From assembly GCA_965231915.1 (NCBI GenBank), contig OZ246892.1:2320891-2384890 (forward strand): a stretch of DNA of 64,000 bases, read 5' to 3'. The notes beneath the pieces are model-generated. The model saw only the letters and a list, made by a program, of their open reading frames with translations. It made no database searches and was not told where the DNA came from. Numbering within the stretch: the first letter of the stretch is position 1; each line of letters opens with the position of its first letter. This document shows positions 30,750-39,751 of this stretch, piece after piece. Source of the stretch: Acidimicrobiales bacterium. GTDB taxonomy: Bacteria; Actinomycetota; Acidimicrobiia; Acidimicrobiales; Bin134. Made by a program: the position numbers and the translations under genes.

Positions 30750-31838
30750 ATGGGTGTTGCCTGGCTATCTAGATTCCTGGTTTCCTTATTCATATTGGCC
30801 AACGCGGCCTGCAGTCCCGCCAGCGATGTAACAGCCCCGCCTGTGCCAAGACCTAGCGCGACCGTCACGGCGATTCCGGCGCCTGTGCCAAGACCCAGCG
30901 CGACCGTCACGGCGATTCCGGCGCCTGTGCCAAGACCCAGCGCGACCGTCACGGCGATTCCGGCGCCTGTGCCAAGACCTAGCGCGACCGTCACGGCGAT
31001 TCCGGCGCCTGTGCCAAGACCCAGCGCCAATACCACAGCTAACCCAGATGCAGAGGGCGCTGTGACCGCATTCGCTGCTCTCGCCGGCACGACCTCGCTC
31101 CTTGAGGCTGCTCAAAACAGCACGTTTCATCAATTTGGCGACGATGTGTACACCTGGAACAGCGATCGCAAAATCGTCATCCTCAAGATGCCGGTTGACC
31201 ACCCGGCCCTGGAGGAGATCAGAAATCTCCAGGGGCATACAGACGGAAACATCGAGGACACCCCGGAATCCCGGTCATGGGTGCAGCAGTGCGCTCGCTA
31301 CCACGCCGATCCAGCTCTCAACGCATCTGACGCGGTGTACGGGGCAGTGACCGCCCAGAGCGTCTCTTCTTGTCTGGGAGGATTCGCCCACCTCATCGAG
31401 CTCTTTGCCCGATACTGGTGGACCGACTCGGGGGTGGCCTGTGTGGCCGACGAGGTAACAGCCCACTCCCTTCGAGGTGATGCCCTTCCCCGCCCTCTGT
31501 CCATATGCCCATCAGTCGGCTACGACCCGGCTGCCCTGCAGCATCCGGGATGGTTGCATAAGCGCTGCGCAGACATTGTGGCCGCCAATCCCAATTCCAG
31601 GTACCCGACCGACCCGGCGGTATCCCAAGAGCCGCTTCCTTCTTGCTGGGCGCCTCTCGTCGAGATTCTCGAGGATCAAGCTGCCGAAAACGTCGAAATC
31701 GGGTTCCCCGACAGTCCCCACGATTGCTATCACGCTTTCTTGGGCTACGTGTGGGCCAGACAGACTGGGAGGGATAGCCGCCCGCCCAACGACCTGGCCA
31801 TCGGCTGCCATTATCGAGCATTTGAGGCGATCCCATGA
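30750..31838 (+). CDS. Putative lipoprotein with Pro/Thr tandem-repeat stalk and Cys-rich C-terminal domain
   Basis: Hydrophobic signal ending LANAA-C, (PAPVPRPSATVTAI)n, and multiple spaced Cys. First gene of the Tad operon. Confidence 0.65.
   Translation: MGVAWLSRFLVSLFILANAACSPASDVTAPPVPRPSATVTAIPAPVPRPSATVTAIPAPVPRPSATVTAIPAPVPRPSATVTAIPAPVPRPSANTTANPDAEGAVTAFAALAGTTSLLEAAQNSTFHQFGDDVYTWNSDRKIVILKMPVDHPALEEIRNLQGHTDGNIEDTPESRSWVQQCARYHADPALNASDAVYGAVTAQSVSSCLGGFAHLIELFARYWWTDSGVACVADEVTAHSLRGDALPRPLSICPSVGYDPAALQHPGWLHKRCADIVAANPNSRYPTDPAVSQEPLPSCWAPLVEILEDQAAENVEIGFPDSPHDCYHAFLGYVWARQTGRDSRPPNDLAIGCHYRAFEAIP
30839..31027 (+). repeat. 42-bp in-frame tandem repeat, about 4.5 copies
   Basis: Unit GCCTGTGCCAAGACC(C/T)AGCGCGACCGTCACGGCGATTCCGGC at 30839, 30881, 30923, 30965 and a partial copy at 31007. 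Confidence 0.95.
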
Positions 31839-33151
31839 CTGGGACAACGCCAATAACGGCCGGACTGGTGTTGGTGGTCTTGCTCGGCGTCGGGCTAGCG
31901 CTTTTATCTCCCGACCACCAGTCCGTTCTTGCCCACGAACAGACCGAATTTGTCCCAGCTAGCGGGTCTGGGAGGTGCCCCACTGGGGTGCGGGGTTGCA
32001 CGGAGTCATGGACCCACGTCAATTCTTGGACGCACTACACCGCCCGTGTGCCCTCGAACTGCACTGTGGAGATCATCGACCAATGTGGGATCACCGTGAC
32101 CTCCAGGACGGCGACTAGCTCCTGCTCGGGCACCAGCAATTGCGGCCATGGGCCACACAACAGCTCTCCCCGACCCTCAGGCCCCGGAACATGGACCACC
32201 TGGAACGGCCACCGCAACGTCAACTATCGGTGGTCAGGGCAGCGACGGGTACCTGTTGACCACGATCACGGCGGAGGGAATCCGATTTCCCCTGGTCCAA
32301 CACCGTCTGCGGCCCCGGTGCCTACCTCCAGACCGACGCAGGAGCCCACTCCCTCCCCCAAACCCATTGACTTGACTGGTTTCAATCCGTGCGCCAACGG
32401 CGGATGCCTGCCCTCTTGCATGACCGATGGCATCCCCGGCAATTGCCCGTGGGAAATCCCCGATCCCAAGGTCTGTACGACCGCGTGGGGCAGCGCAACC
32501 CGTAAGCGTTTGCTGAGCCACTTGCGATGGGAGTCGATTGTTCCCTACCCCTCCGGATTCACGGGCCATCACCATCCCGAAATCCCCGGGGGACAGCTCT
32601 TTTTGACCGCAGCGTCAACATCGGGAAGCCCTGCCCGCCATTGGACGGCGCAGCAGCCAGGCAGCACGCTCAACGTAATCGACGCTCCGGTTGACGGGTG
32701 CTTGTGGACGGCCAACGCCGTCGGAGTTTCGCTCCGGGAGCTGCTCCCCCACCAGTCATCTGACCTGTCCCGACTCCACTCGCCAGGAAATGTCGCAGCT
32801 GCGAGGGAAGCGCAAGAAGCAGCAGCTCTGTGGGGCCGACTGAGCTCCGAACGCCAGCGGTGGTTCCAGGCAGCCTTTCCCCGTAGCGACCCTTCAATCA
32901 CTTGGTGCCCTCCCACTGATCTGCCCCCATGGACCGTGCCGGTTGACAAAGTGCTTTCCCTGTCCAGCGACTGGGAAGACCGCCATGGGCGATGTCGATG
33001 GGCCATCCCACGCCGCGGTTTCTGGGAGTGGAAGATCCTGATCACATACACCTCAGAGCAGGGCGACAACCACACCGAGACGCTGGCTTCTGACCTCTCC
33101 TGGTTCCGTGAGCCGACCGGATATCTGGGTCAGCAGGTAACCCTGTGGTAG
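31835..33151 (+). CDS. Secreted Cys/Trp-rich protein of unknown function (Tad-associated)
   Basis: Signal peptide ending VLA-H, Cys-rich N domain and Pro-rich linker. ATGA overlap with the upstream gene. Confidence 0.6.
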   Translation: MTGTTPITAGLVLVVLLGVGLALLSPDHQSVLAHEQTEFVPASGSGRCPTGVRGCTESWTHVNSWTHYTARVPSNCTVEIIDQCGITVTSRTATSSCSGTSNCGHGPHNSSPRPSGPGTWTTWNGHRNVNYRWSGQRRVPVDHDHGGGNPISPGPTPSAAPVPTSRPTQEPTPSPKPIDLTGFNPCANGGCLPSCMTDGIPGNCPWEIPDPKVCTTAWGSATRKRLLSHLRWESIVPYPSGFTGHHHPEIPGGQLFLTAASTSGSPARHWTAQQPGSTLNVIDAPVDGCLWTANAVGVSLRELLPHQSSDLSRLHSPGNVAAAREAQEAAALWGRLSSERQRWFQAAFPRSDPSITWCPPTDLPPWTVPVDKVLSLSSDWEDRHGRCRWAIPRRGFWEWKILITYTSEQGDNHTETLASDLSWFREPTGYLGQQVTLW

Positions 33152-33765
33152 CCCGGCTCAGCGGCGAGCAGTGGTCACCGTCCTCCTGGCCGGTGAGCTT
33201 CAGATGGCGCCTGCTCGCCGCGGCGATCGTTTTGGTAGCAACGGTCACGGCGATTCTTGCTTTGTCCCGCGACGGTGATGTCGCTGTAGAAGTGCCGGTA
33301 GTTGCCGCTGCGCAATGGTGGCCCGCTCACCATCCCCCCGGCGACCACACCATCGTCCATGTGCCGGCCGAGTTGGCACCACTCTTCATCCATCCCTCAG
33401 TGCTAGTCGGAACCGTGTCGGCTGTCGATGTTCCGGAAGGCACCCTGGTGTCAGCCAAAATGCTGCGTCCCCGCGACGGCGACGACGACTCTCGTGCCAC
33501 CGCTTTGATGCGATTCACGGTGAATTCGGACCTGTGGCCCGACCCCGGTCCAGTCCCCGGAAACCGCGCCGTATTCTCCCCTGCCCCCGGCGGCTGCGCC
33601 GCGGCTCTCGTGACGTTGGTCGCCGTTGACGATGACGGTGCCTCGGCGCGCGTGAGCCTGGAGGCCGATCCCGAGCTGGCCGCCCTGTTGGCCGATAACC
33701 AGTGGTGGATATGGGAGTCCCCTCCCGGAAATTGGCCTCGGTGCGGGCGGGAGGCGATTGGCTGA
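33145..33765 (+). CDS. SAF/CpaB (RcpC)-like Tad accessory protein
   Basis: N-terminal TM, VPVVAAA.., LVG.VSAVDVPEGTLVS (SAF-like); lies directly upstream of the Tad ATPase. Confidence 0.6.
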   Translation: MVARLSGEQWSPSSWPVSFRWRLLAAAIVLVATVTAILALSRDGDVAVEVPVVAAAQWWPAHHPPGDHTIVHVPAELAPLFIHPSVLVGTVSAVDVPEGTLVSAKMLRPRDGDDDSRATALMRFTVNSDLWPDPGPVPGNRAVFSPAPGGCAAALVTLVAVDDDGASARVSLEADPELAALLADNQWWIWESPPGNWPRCGREAIG

Positions 33766-35393
33766 TGCTATTGGCCATCGGTGATCGCTGGTTGAAGGCC
33801 GAGGCTGTGGAGCTCGTGTTGGACGGCGTGCTCGAGGGCATGTCCGGCTCTGCCCCTGGCGTAGTTCTCGCCACCACTCCCACCGAAGTCGACCAGGCGT
33901 CGGCCGCCGGCCATCCCACGGTGCTGTCGATGCGAGACGACGAGCCAGAACTCCGCCTTGAGTCGGCGGTGGCGTCGGCCGCCGCGGTGCTTTGGATTAC
34001 CACCGCCGATAGCAGCGATGTGCGCTCTCTTCTCCGCTTGGATACAGGGTCGCGCCGCGCCACCCCCATCGTCTCGGTGGTGGTATCCGAAGTCCAGCCC
34101 GACCTCGACAGATTCCACCGCCAAAAGGTCATGAGCCTGTGGATCTCCCCCAATCCAACCCGTCGCGACCAGCGGCGACTCCTCCGGATAGGGCGCCGAC
34201 TGGCGTGGACTGCGGTTGCGCCTCGCCGACTCGACCCTTTGGACCGCGAAACCCACCTGTGGTCGGCCTCACAGGCCGCCCAGACCCGGCTAGCCGAACT
34301 GCTAGAAGAAACTGGGGTTGAGGAGTTCCAGATTCGGGGTGGAGAGTGCATGATCGTCCACCGCGCCGAGGGACAGCGGGAACGTCGGAATTCGCCATTC
34401 TCGTCCAACGATGAGCTGATAGAAACGGCCCGCCACCTGGCCAGTTTCTCCGGAGGCCAGCCTCAGCGCTTCGACGTGCTCGACAGCCGGCTGGACATTC
34501 GGCTGGGCGATCGCTGGAGGCTCCACGCCGAGGCATTCATGTGCCATCCCCCCACCATGGTGCTGAGATCCAACATGGCCGGAAAGGCCACCCTGCACGA
34601 CCTCAATGTCGCCGCGCCGGCGCTGCAAGAAATCCTAATCGGAGCGGTGTCCGGACCGGTCAGGGCCAACATCGTTGTCGCCGCCGCCATGGGCGGGGGC
34701 AAGACCACGCTTTGCCAGGCTCTGCTGGCCACCGTCAACGGCTCTGAACGGATTGACACGATCGAGGACACCCCTGAGCTCCGGCTGGCCCAATACGGCA
34801 TCCACCCCAACAGCTACGAGCGACTCACTCGAGACGCCAATAACGACGGTGTGGGCAAACTCTCGATGAGCGACCACATCCGCGACGCCAAGCGGGCCAA
34901 CTCCTCCAAACTGGTGATCGGAGAGACCAGGGGCGAGGGCACCCTCGCACTGCTCGATGCCATGAGCAGCGGACTCAGCGGCTGCCTTGTCACCTTGCAT
35001 AGCCAGCCCGGTCCCGGGGTACTGGCCAAGCTGCTGTCGTACGCGTGCAGCGAGGGGGCCGACCCCAGATTCGCCCGCCAGCAGATCGCCATCGCGGTTC
35101 ACCTGCTGGTCTGGATGGGGCGCAACGAGTTGGGAGAACGGGTCATTTCCGACGTCTCCCAGATCGTCAGCTATGACGACCACCACGACACCATCCAAAC
35201 CCGGTGTCTGTGGTCACTTCGCCCCGGGCAACGCTGGGCCATACCGGCTGGTCGGCCCCACGGACAGGTCCACCAGCTCTATGAATCGGTGGGAATCAAC
35301 CTCCGCCCGGCCAATGACCCTCGCGAAGGCATCGATCGGGAGCCAGTTGGGGTCACTCCCCCATCGACTGCCTATCCCATGGACAACTCATGA
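33765..35393 (+). CDS. tadA: CpaF/TadA pilus assembly ATPase
   Basis: Walker A AAMGGGKTT, ERIDTIEDTPEL, Walker B LVIGETRG, LLDAMSSG..G.LVTLH. Confidence 0.88.
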   Translation: MLLAIGDRWLKAEAVELVLDGVLEGMSGSAPGVVLATTPTEVDQASAAGHPTVLSMRDDEPELRLESAVASAAAVLWITTADSSDVRSLLRLDTGSRRATPIVSVVVSEVQPDLDRFHRQKVMSLWISPNPTRRDQRRLLRIGRRLAWTAVAPRRLDPLDRETHLWSASQAAQTRLAELLEETGVEEFQIRGGECMIVHRAEGQRERRNSPFSSNDELIETARHLASFSGGQPQRFDVLDSRLDIRLGDRWRLHAEAFMCHPPTMVLRSNMAGKATLHDLNVAAPALQEILIGAVSGPVRANIVVAAAMGGGKTTLCQALLATVNGSERIDTIEDTPELRLAQYGIHPNSYERLTRDANNDGVGKLSMSDHIRDAKRANSSKLVIGETRGEGTLALLDAMSSGLSGCLVTLHSQPGPGVLAKLLSYACSEGADPRFARQQIAIAVHLLVWMGRNELGERVISDVSQIVSYDDHHDTIQTRCLWSLRPGQRWAIPAGRPHGQVHQLYESVGINLRPANDPREGIDREPVGVTPPSTAYPMDNS

Positions 35394-36205
35394 CCGCGCC
35401 AACCGTGATGGCTCTGGCCGCAGGCCTCGCACTCATGGCGCTGATCTGGTGGCCGACGTCGGCTGGAAGTCCCTCGGCGCTCCTGCTGGGTCGAATGGTG
35501 TTGGCCAGACGCCAGAGATTTCGAGTCGGGCCCCTTGCCGCCGCAGCCTTGGCTGTTTTTGGATTCCTCGGCGGACAAGTGCTGGTGGGAGCGACCACTG
35601 GGCTGGCGGCCATGATCTTGACCGGCGTGGGCATCTGGGCCATAGCAATTCAAGTCCGGTCGCGCCGCAGCTTGCGGGAGGCCGATGAACTGGCCCAGTT
35701 GGCCAACGGGTTGGCCAACCAAGCGCTCGTGGCACCCACAGTGGTGGAGGCGGTGCGCCAGGCTGCGCCGCAGATTCCCGGCCGAGTCGGCGCTGCCGCT
35801 CAACTGATGGCCGCTGAGTGCAAGACCGGGGGCCTGGTTGAGGCAGCCAATCGGTTTGCCACCACCATCCAGCGGCCGGTTGCCGAGATGCTGGCCACCG
35901 TTTTGTCTGAGGCATTCCGAGGCGGATCCCGGTGGGTGGGCCTGGCTGGAGTCTTGGCCGACGAAGCCACCGAGGCGGCCGAGACCGCCCGTCACTTCCA
36001 CCGGTACGTGGCAGCACTGATGCCCCAGATTGCCGTCACCGTGGTGATGGCCGTTGGCATGCTGGGCATCGCCGGTTTCGCTGCCCAAGACGTGGGTCGT
36101 TGGCTGACCTCTTCGGTGGGACAGCAATTTCTGCTGCTGTTGGCGGTGTTGAGCGCTGCGCTATGCGCCCGTGTGCTGGCCCCGGCCTGGCGGATGAGCC
36201 AGTGA
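35390..36205 (+). CDS. tadB: TadB-like type II secretion system F family membrane protein
   Basis: TM / cytoplasmic T2SSF-like / TM layout; position after tadA with ATGA overlap. Confidence 0.7.
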   Translation: MTAPTVMALAAGLALMALIWWPTSAGSPSALLLGRMVLARRQRFRVGPLAAAALAVFGFLGGQVLVGATTGLAAMILTGVGIWAIAIQVRSRRSLREADELAQLANGLANQALVAPTVVEAVRQAAPQIPGRVGAAAQLMAAECKTGGLVEAANRFATTIQRPVAEMLATVLSEAFRGGSRWVGLAGVLADEATEAAETARHFHRYVAALMPQIAVTVVMAVGMLGIAGFAAQDVGRWLTSSVGQQFLLLLAVLSAALCARVLAPAWRMSQ

Positions 36206-36915
36206 TTTGGATGGCGGGATCGTCGGGTGTGGCCGCAGTGGCAGTACTCCTGCTGGCCAAGGCCAAGTCCAGCAGCCCGGCAGCGGCCCATGCGGCCGCC
36301 ATGGGATGGCCGCCCAACCTGACCTCGACGGTTGGCCGGACTCTGGCTGTCGCCGCAACGGTGTTCGCCGGAGTGTCCGGCCTGGCCACTCTTGGATGGG
36401 CCAAGGGCCTAGCCGTGGCGGTCATAGCTGGAACATGGCTGCCGCGGCTGCTGCCTGCGGCTATCCGACTGTTCGCCGCGGCGGCTTATCGCAGCGAGCG
36501 AGACCAGAAGATGCTCGAGTGGATGCGCAAGCTGCGGCTCTTGACCTCTGCGGGCCAGCCCATCAACGCAGCGGCGGTCAACGCCGCTTTGACCGTCTCA
36601 GGCCGAGCCTTCACCTTGGCCCAAGGGGCCATCGGGGCTGCCCTCGATGCCGGCCGGGATCCGCTGCCCGCGGTCACGGCAGCCATTGCCGGCTCGCCCG
36701 CCGAGCCGCTGTTGGCCTCGGTGGTGGCGGCTGAGCGGGCGGGGGCGGCCTCCTCTGATCTATTGGACAACTCCTTGTCCCGTTCGGTTCGGACCCTGGA
36801 GTCCGAGCGGCGCCTGGCGATCGACCAGCTCAGTCGGGCCATCGGAACCACGGTCACCCTGGTGGCCGCCATCGCTGGTCTTGTGGTCATGGCCGCTGTG
36901 ATCTTCGTGCTCTGA
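36202..36915 (+). CDS. tadC: TadC-like type II secretion system F family membrane protein
   Basis: LRLLTSAGQPINAA, AERAGA..; GTGA overlap with tadB. Confidence 0.68.
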   Translation: MIWMAGSSGVAAVAVLLLAKAKSSSPAAAHAAAMGWPPNLTSTVGRTLAVAATVFAGVSGLATLGWAKGLAVAVIAGTWLPRLLPAAIRLFAAAAYRSERDQKMLEWMRKLRLLTSAGQPINAAAVNAALTVSGRAFTLAQGAIGAALDAGRDPLPAVTAAIAGSPAEPLLASVVAAERAGAASSDLLDNSLSRSVRTLESERRLAIDQLSRAIGTTVTLVAAIAGLVVMAAVIFVL

Positions 36916-36952
36916 AGCCCGCGGGCGGCCCCTCACCCCTTGGAGAAACCTA

Positions 36953-37156
36953 ATGCAGTCAGCCATCGTCCAAATGATCCTGATCGTGGTCGGCATCGCC
37001 GCGGCCGCCATCGTGGCCATCATCGTCTACGCCCAGCTCAGCGGTAACGCCCCCCAGAGCGGCGACAACATCGACAAATCCCGGATCACCACCGAGGTGC
37101 TGTGCAAGGCAGTGGGCGGAACATGGGACAAAGACAACACCCCAAAGTGCGCTTAG
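36953..37156 (+). CDS. Flp-like major pilin (atypical, leaderless)
   Basis: 67 aa; N-terminal hydrophobic helix, C-terminal Cys pair (C..VGGTW.....C); RBS GGAG 7 nt upstream; canonical position after tadC. Confidence 0.65.
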   Translation: MQSAIVQMILIVVGIAAAAIVAIIVYAQLSGNAPQSGDNIDKSRITTEVLCKAVGGTWDKDNTPKCA

Positions 37157-37162
37157 CCAACC

Positions 37163-37564
37163 GTGGTCTCCTCCCTAGTCGTCCTGCGCACCTCGGTGCT
37201 TGTCATGTTCTTACTGGCCATTGTCACCGGGCTGTATGTGCGCCACGTCACCCGGCTCTCCGCCACAGCCGCGGCCCAGTCGGCCGCGGCTGCGGCGGCT
37301 CAGGCGGCAACCGACGCCAGCTGGCAGTGCCAAGCTGCTCCCCCACCCGAAGCGGTTACCGCGGCCGCTCATGCGGCCCTCGGCCACATCGACCACCTTG
37401 CGGTGCAACCATTGGCCGTGGAGGTGTTCGCCGATGCCTGCAATCTGTACGCCGCGGTCACCGCCGCCCCGCTGAACACCAGGGTCTCGTCTCTGCACAC
37501 CACGGCCACTGCCTGTCGCGCAGCGACAAGAGCAGCCACCCTTAGCGTCCCCGGGCCGTGTTGA
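37163..37564 (+). CDS. TadE-like pseudopilin
   Basis: Hydrophobic N-helix followed by ATAAAQSAAAAAA (TadE-type AAxxGARxAA pattern). Confidence 0.6.
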   Translation: MVSSLVVLRTSVLVMFLLAIVTGLYVRHVTRLSATAAAQSAAAAAAQAATDASWQCQAAPPPEAVTAAAHAALGHIDHLAVQPLAVEVFADACNLYAAVTAAPLNTRVSSLHTTATACRAATRAATLSVPGPC

Positions 37565-37574
37565 GGGAAGCCCC

Positions 37575-37994
37575 GTGAGCGATGCCATCTCCTTTCTGCT
37601 GATCCTGCCCGCTCTGGCACTCGGAGTGGTAGTGCTAGACGCCGCCGGAACGCTGGGTACGGCGCGATACCGAACATCGACCTATACCGAGGCTGCCGCT
37701 GCTCTCGCCGCGGAGACCCTGACCAACTCTCCCGGTCCGGGCTCTGACCCGTCAGCTCGAACTCGGTGGGATGAGGTTGCTGCCGCGGTTGAGCAATCGG
37801 GCCTAGCTGCTACTGCAGGGGTCTGCGATCAGGCCAACGCTGCGTTCAACATCGATTTGGTCTCCCAGCCTCGATCTCAAGGCGACCTCAGCGCATCACC
37901 TTCAGTGGCCGTCATAGTCAGCTGCCCGGTTGAACTGGGCCGATTGCTAACCACCACGCGGATTGTTGTCGCCAGCGTGGAGCCCGTCGGGTAG
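37575..37994 (+). CDS. TadE/TadF-like pseudopilin
   Basis: FLLILP helix, AAG.L..AR, V.VSCPV.L C-terminus typical of actinobacterial TadE. Confidence 0.62.
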   Translation: MSDAISFLLILPALALGVVVLDAAGTLGTARYRTSTYTEAAAALAAETLTNSPGPGSDPSARTRWDEVAAAVEQSGLAATAGVCDQANAAFNIDLVSQPRSQGDLSASPSVAVIVSCPVELGRLLTTTRIVVASVEPVG

Positions 37995-37998
37995 GGCC

Positions 37999-38370
37999 AT
38001 GCACACGCCGATCGTCCTGTTGTCACTGGGCTTGGCGGTGGCCGTGGCCACCGGAGCTCTGGCTGATCACGGAGAATTGATCACCAGCCGCAATCTGGGG
38101 GTCGAGAGGGCGGAACGGGCCGCAGCGGCATTCGTTCGCAGCTGCGGCAGCGAGGGCTGTGATCAGAGCCTCGTCAACACCACTCGCCTCGACGGCACTG
38201 CCTTGGCTGGTTGCGTCCGCCAGGCTGAAGGAGGCTCCGTTCTCCAAGTAGAAACCCGCGTACCGTGGGCTCCTCGAGTGTTCACCGGGCTCACCCCCGC
38301 CCGCAGCCTGGTCGCCGTCCACCTCGGGGGATTCAGCGCGACTGCAATTGCCGTTTTGCATCCATGCTGA
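37999..38370 (+). CDS. TadG-like pseudopilin
   Basis: Hydrophobic helix then GALADHGELI.SR...ERAERAAAA (cf. GLVVDGG...R..A...AARA). Confidence 0.55.
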   Translation: MHTPIVLLSLGLAVAVATGALADHGELITSRNLGVERAERAAAAFVRSCGSEGCDQSLVNTTRLDGTALAGCVRQAEGGSVLQVETRVPWAPRVFTGLTPARSLVAVHLGGFSATAIAVLHPC

Positions 38371-38434
38371 AGAATCACCATGAAGCCCAGTTGCAGTTCT
38401 GTAAGCAAGCGCTGATGCGGTAGCGTGACCGCCG

Positions 38435-39751
38435 GTGTCTCGCAGGATTGAAATAGAGCTGACCAGCCAACGGCCCGATGGCTCATGGACATGGAGAGCG
38501 GCAGGGGCGCGCGAGCCCAAGGGCGAATTGGCCGGCGACCTGATCGCTTTTGCTGCCAGCGTGGGCGACGAGCTGACCGTCGAAGCCGAGTTCCACATGG
38601 ACGGCATTGAGATCATCGAGGCATTCGAATCCAAGAAAAAGCGGCCCTTGCCGGAGACTCTGGAGATCCTGGGCTCCGGTCGGGATCAACCCTTGGTCAC
38701 GACCCAATTGGTGGCCAAGCGCAAAGGTCGGGACCGAGACCGCGGCGATCGCCGGGGCCGGCAAGAACGCCGCAGCAGGGATGGCCGGAAGGTTCATGAG
38801 GGCAGGGAGTCCCGCCCGGAGGACGACCGTCTCAAGGCCAAGCGATTGCGTCCTAGCCGGGCGCACCGCCAGTCGATTATCGACGGCTTGTCGGAGGACC
38901 AGAGACCGGTAGCGGAGAAGATTGCGCGCGACGGTGTCAGCTCGGTTGAACAAGCACTGCGGGATAAGCGCAAAAAGGCCCGAGACGCCGCCGCGGCCAA
39001 AAAGAAGGCGGCCGAATCGACCGCCAAGGACCCCGACCCAACGCCTGCCGAACCAGGAACCCCCCCAACGGAACAAGCCGAGGCCAAACCCGCCGACAAA
39101 GAACCAGCCGAGGCCAAACCCGCCGACAATGAACCAGCCGACGACTTTTTGAGCGCAGCCGCCAAGCTGCTCCCCCGAATGCGGGCCGCTGAGTGGCGGG
39201 ACCGGGTCGAAGCTGCGCTGGCCGGCATCGACGAGGTCGACCTGCGCGATCTCCGTTCCGTCGTTGTCGCCGCGGAAACCGGGGCAGTCGACGACGAGGC
39301 CAAGACGCTGGCCGAAGAACTGCGCACCAAGCTCAGCGAAAGGGTCGACCGGGAGCACGCCGAATGGCTAGCCGAAGTGGCGGCAACACTGGCCGATGGG
39401 CGCATGGTAAGAGCGTTGCGGCTCAGTTCCCGCCCTCCTAAGGCCGGTGTGCCGCTCCCCCAGGACATCGTTACCCGGCTCACCGAAGCGGCCAGCGCGG
39501 CGCTGACCAGCGACACCCCGTCAAAGCGCTGGACGACAGTACTGGGCGCGGTGGCATTCTCGCCGGTGCGACGGACCGTGCAGCCCCAGGGAATCCCAGA
39601 AAACCCCGATAAGGAACTGCTGGCCGAAGTCACCAAGCTCTCTGAGCGAGTACCCCACATAGCCGCCCTTTTCGGGGTAGAGCCCACACCACCTCCCAAG
39701 CGGGGCCGCCGAGGCGCTGGCGCTCCAAAAACATCTAAGACTTCTACCTAG
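38435..39751 (+). CDS. Hypothetical protein (charged, helical)
   Basis: 438-aa ORF with typical codon bias; RRIEIELTS.R.DGSWTWRAAGA; RALRLSSRPPKAG. Confidence 0.75.
   Translation: MSRRIEIELTSQRPDGSWTWRAAGAREPKGELAGDLIAFAASVGDELTVEAEFHMDGIEIIEAFESKKKRPLPETLEILGSGRDQPLVTTQLVAKRKGRDRDRGDRRGRQERRSRDGRKVHEGRESRPEDDRLKAKRLRPSRAHRQSIIDGLSEDQRPVAEKIARDGVSSVEQALRDKRKKARDAAAAKKKAAESTAKDPDPTPAEPGTPPTEQAEAKPADKEPAEAKPADNEPADDFLSAAAKLLPRMRAAEWRDRVEAALAGIDEVDLRDLRSVVVAAETGAVDDEAKTLAEELRTKLSERVDREHAEWLAEVAATLADGRMVRALRLSSRPPKAGVPLPQDIVTRLTEAASAALTSDTPSKRWTTVLGAVAFSPVRRTVQPQGIPENPDKELLAEVTKLSERVPHIAALFGVEPTPPPKRGRRGAGAPKTSKTST
39071..39141 (+). repeat. 30-bp in-frame tandem repeat, about 2.3 copies
   Basis: GAAC(A/C)AGCCGAGGCCAAACCCGCCGACAA(A/T), encoding EPAEAKPADK. 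Confidence 0.8.

Noticed and set aside
30839-31027. Tandem repeats as a possible CRISPR array
   Set aside because: The units are contiguous 42-mers with no unique spacers, they are in frame within a CDS, and no cas genes are present.
30750-38370. Tad cluster as a conjugative or mobile element
   Set aside because: No integrase, relaxase, VirB4/VirD4, transposase or flanking att repeats were seen.
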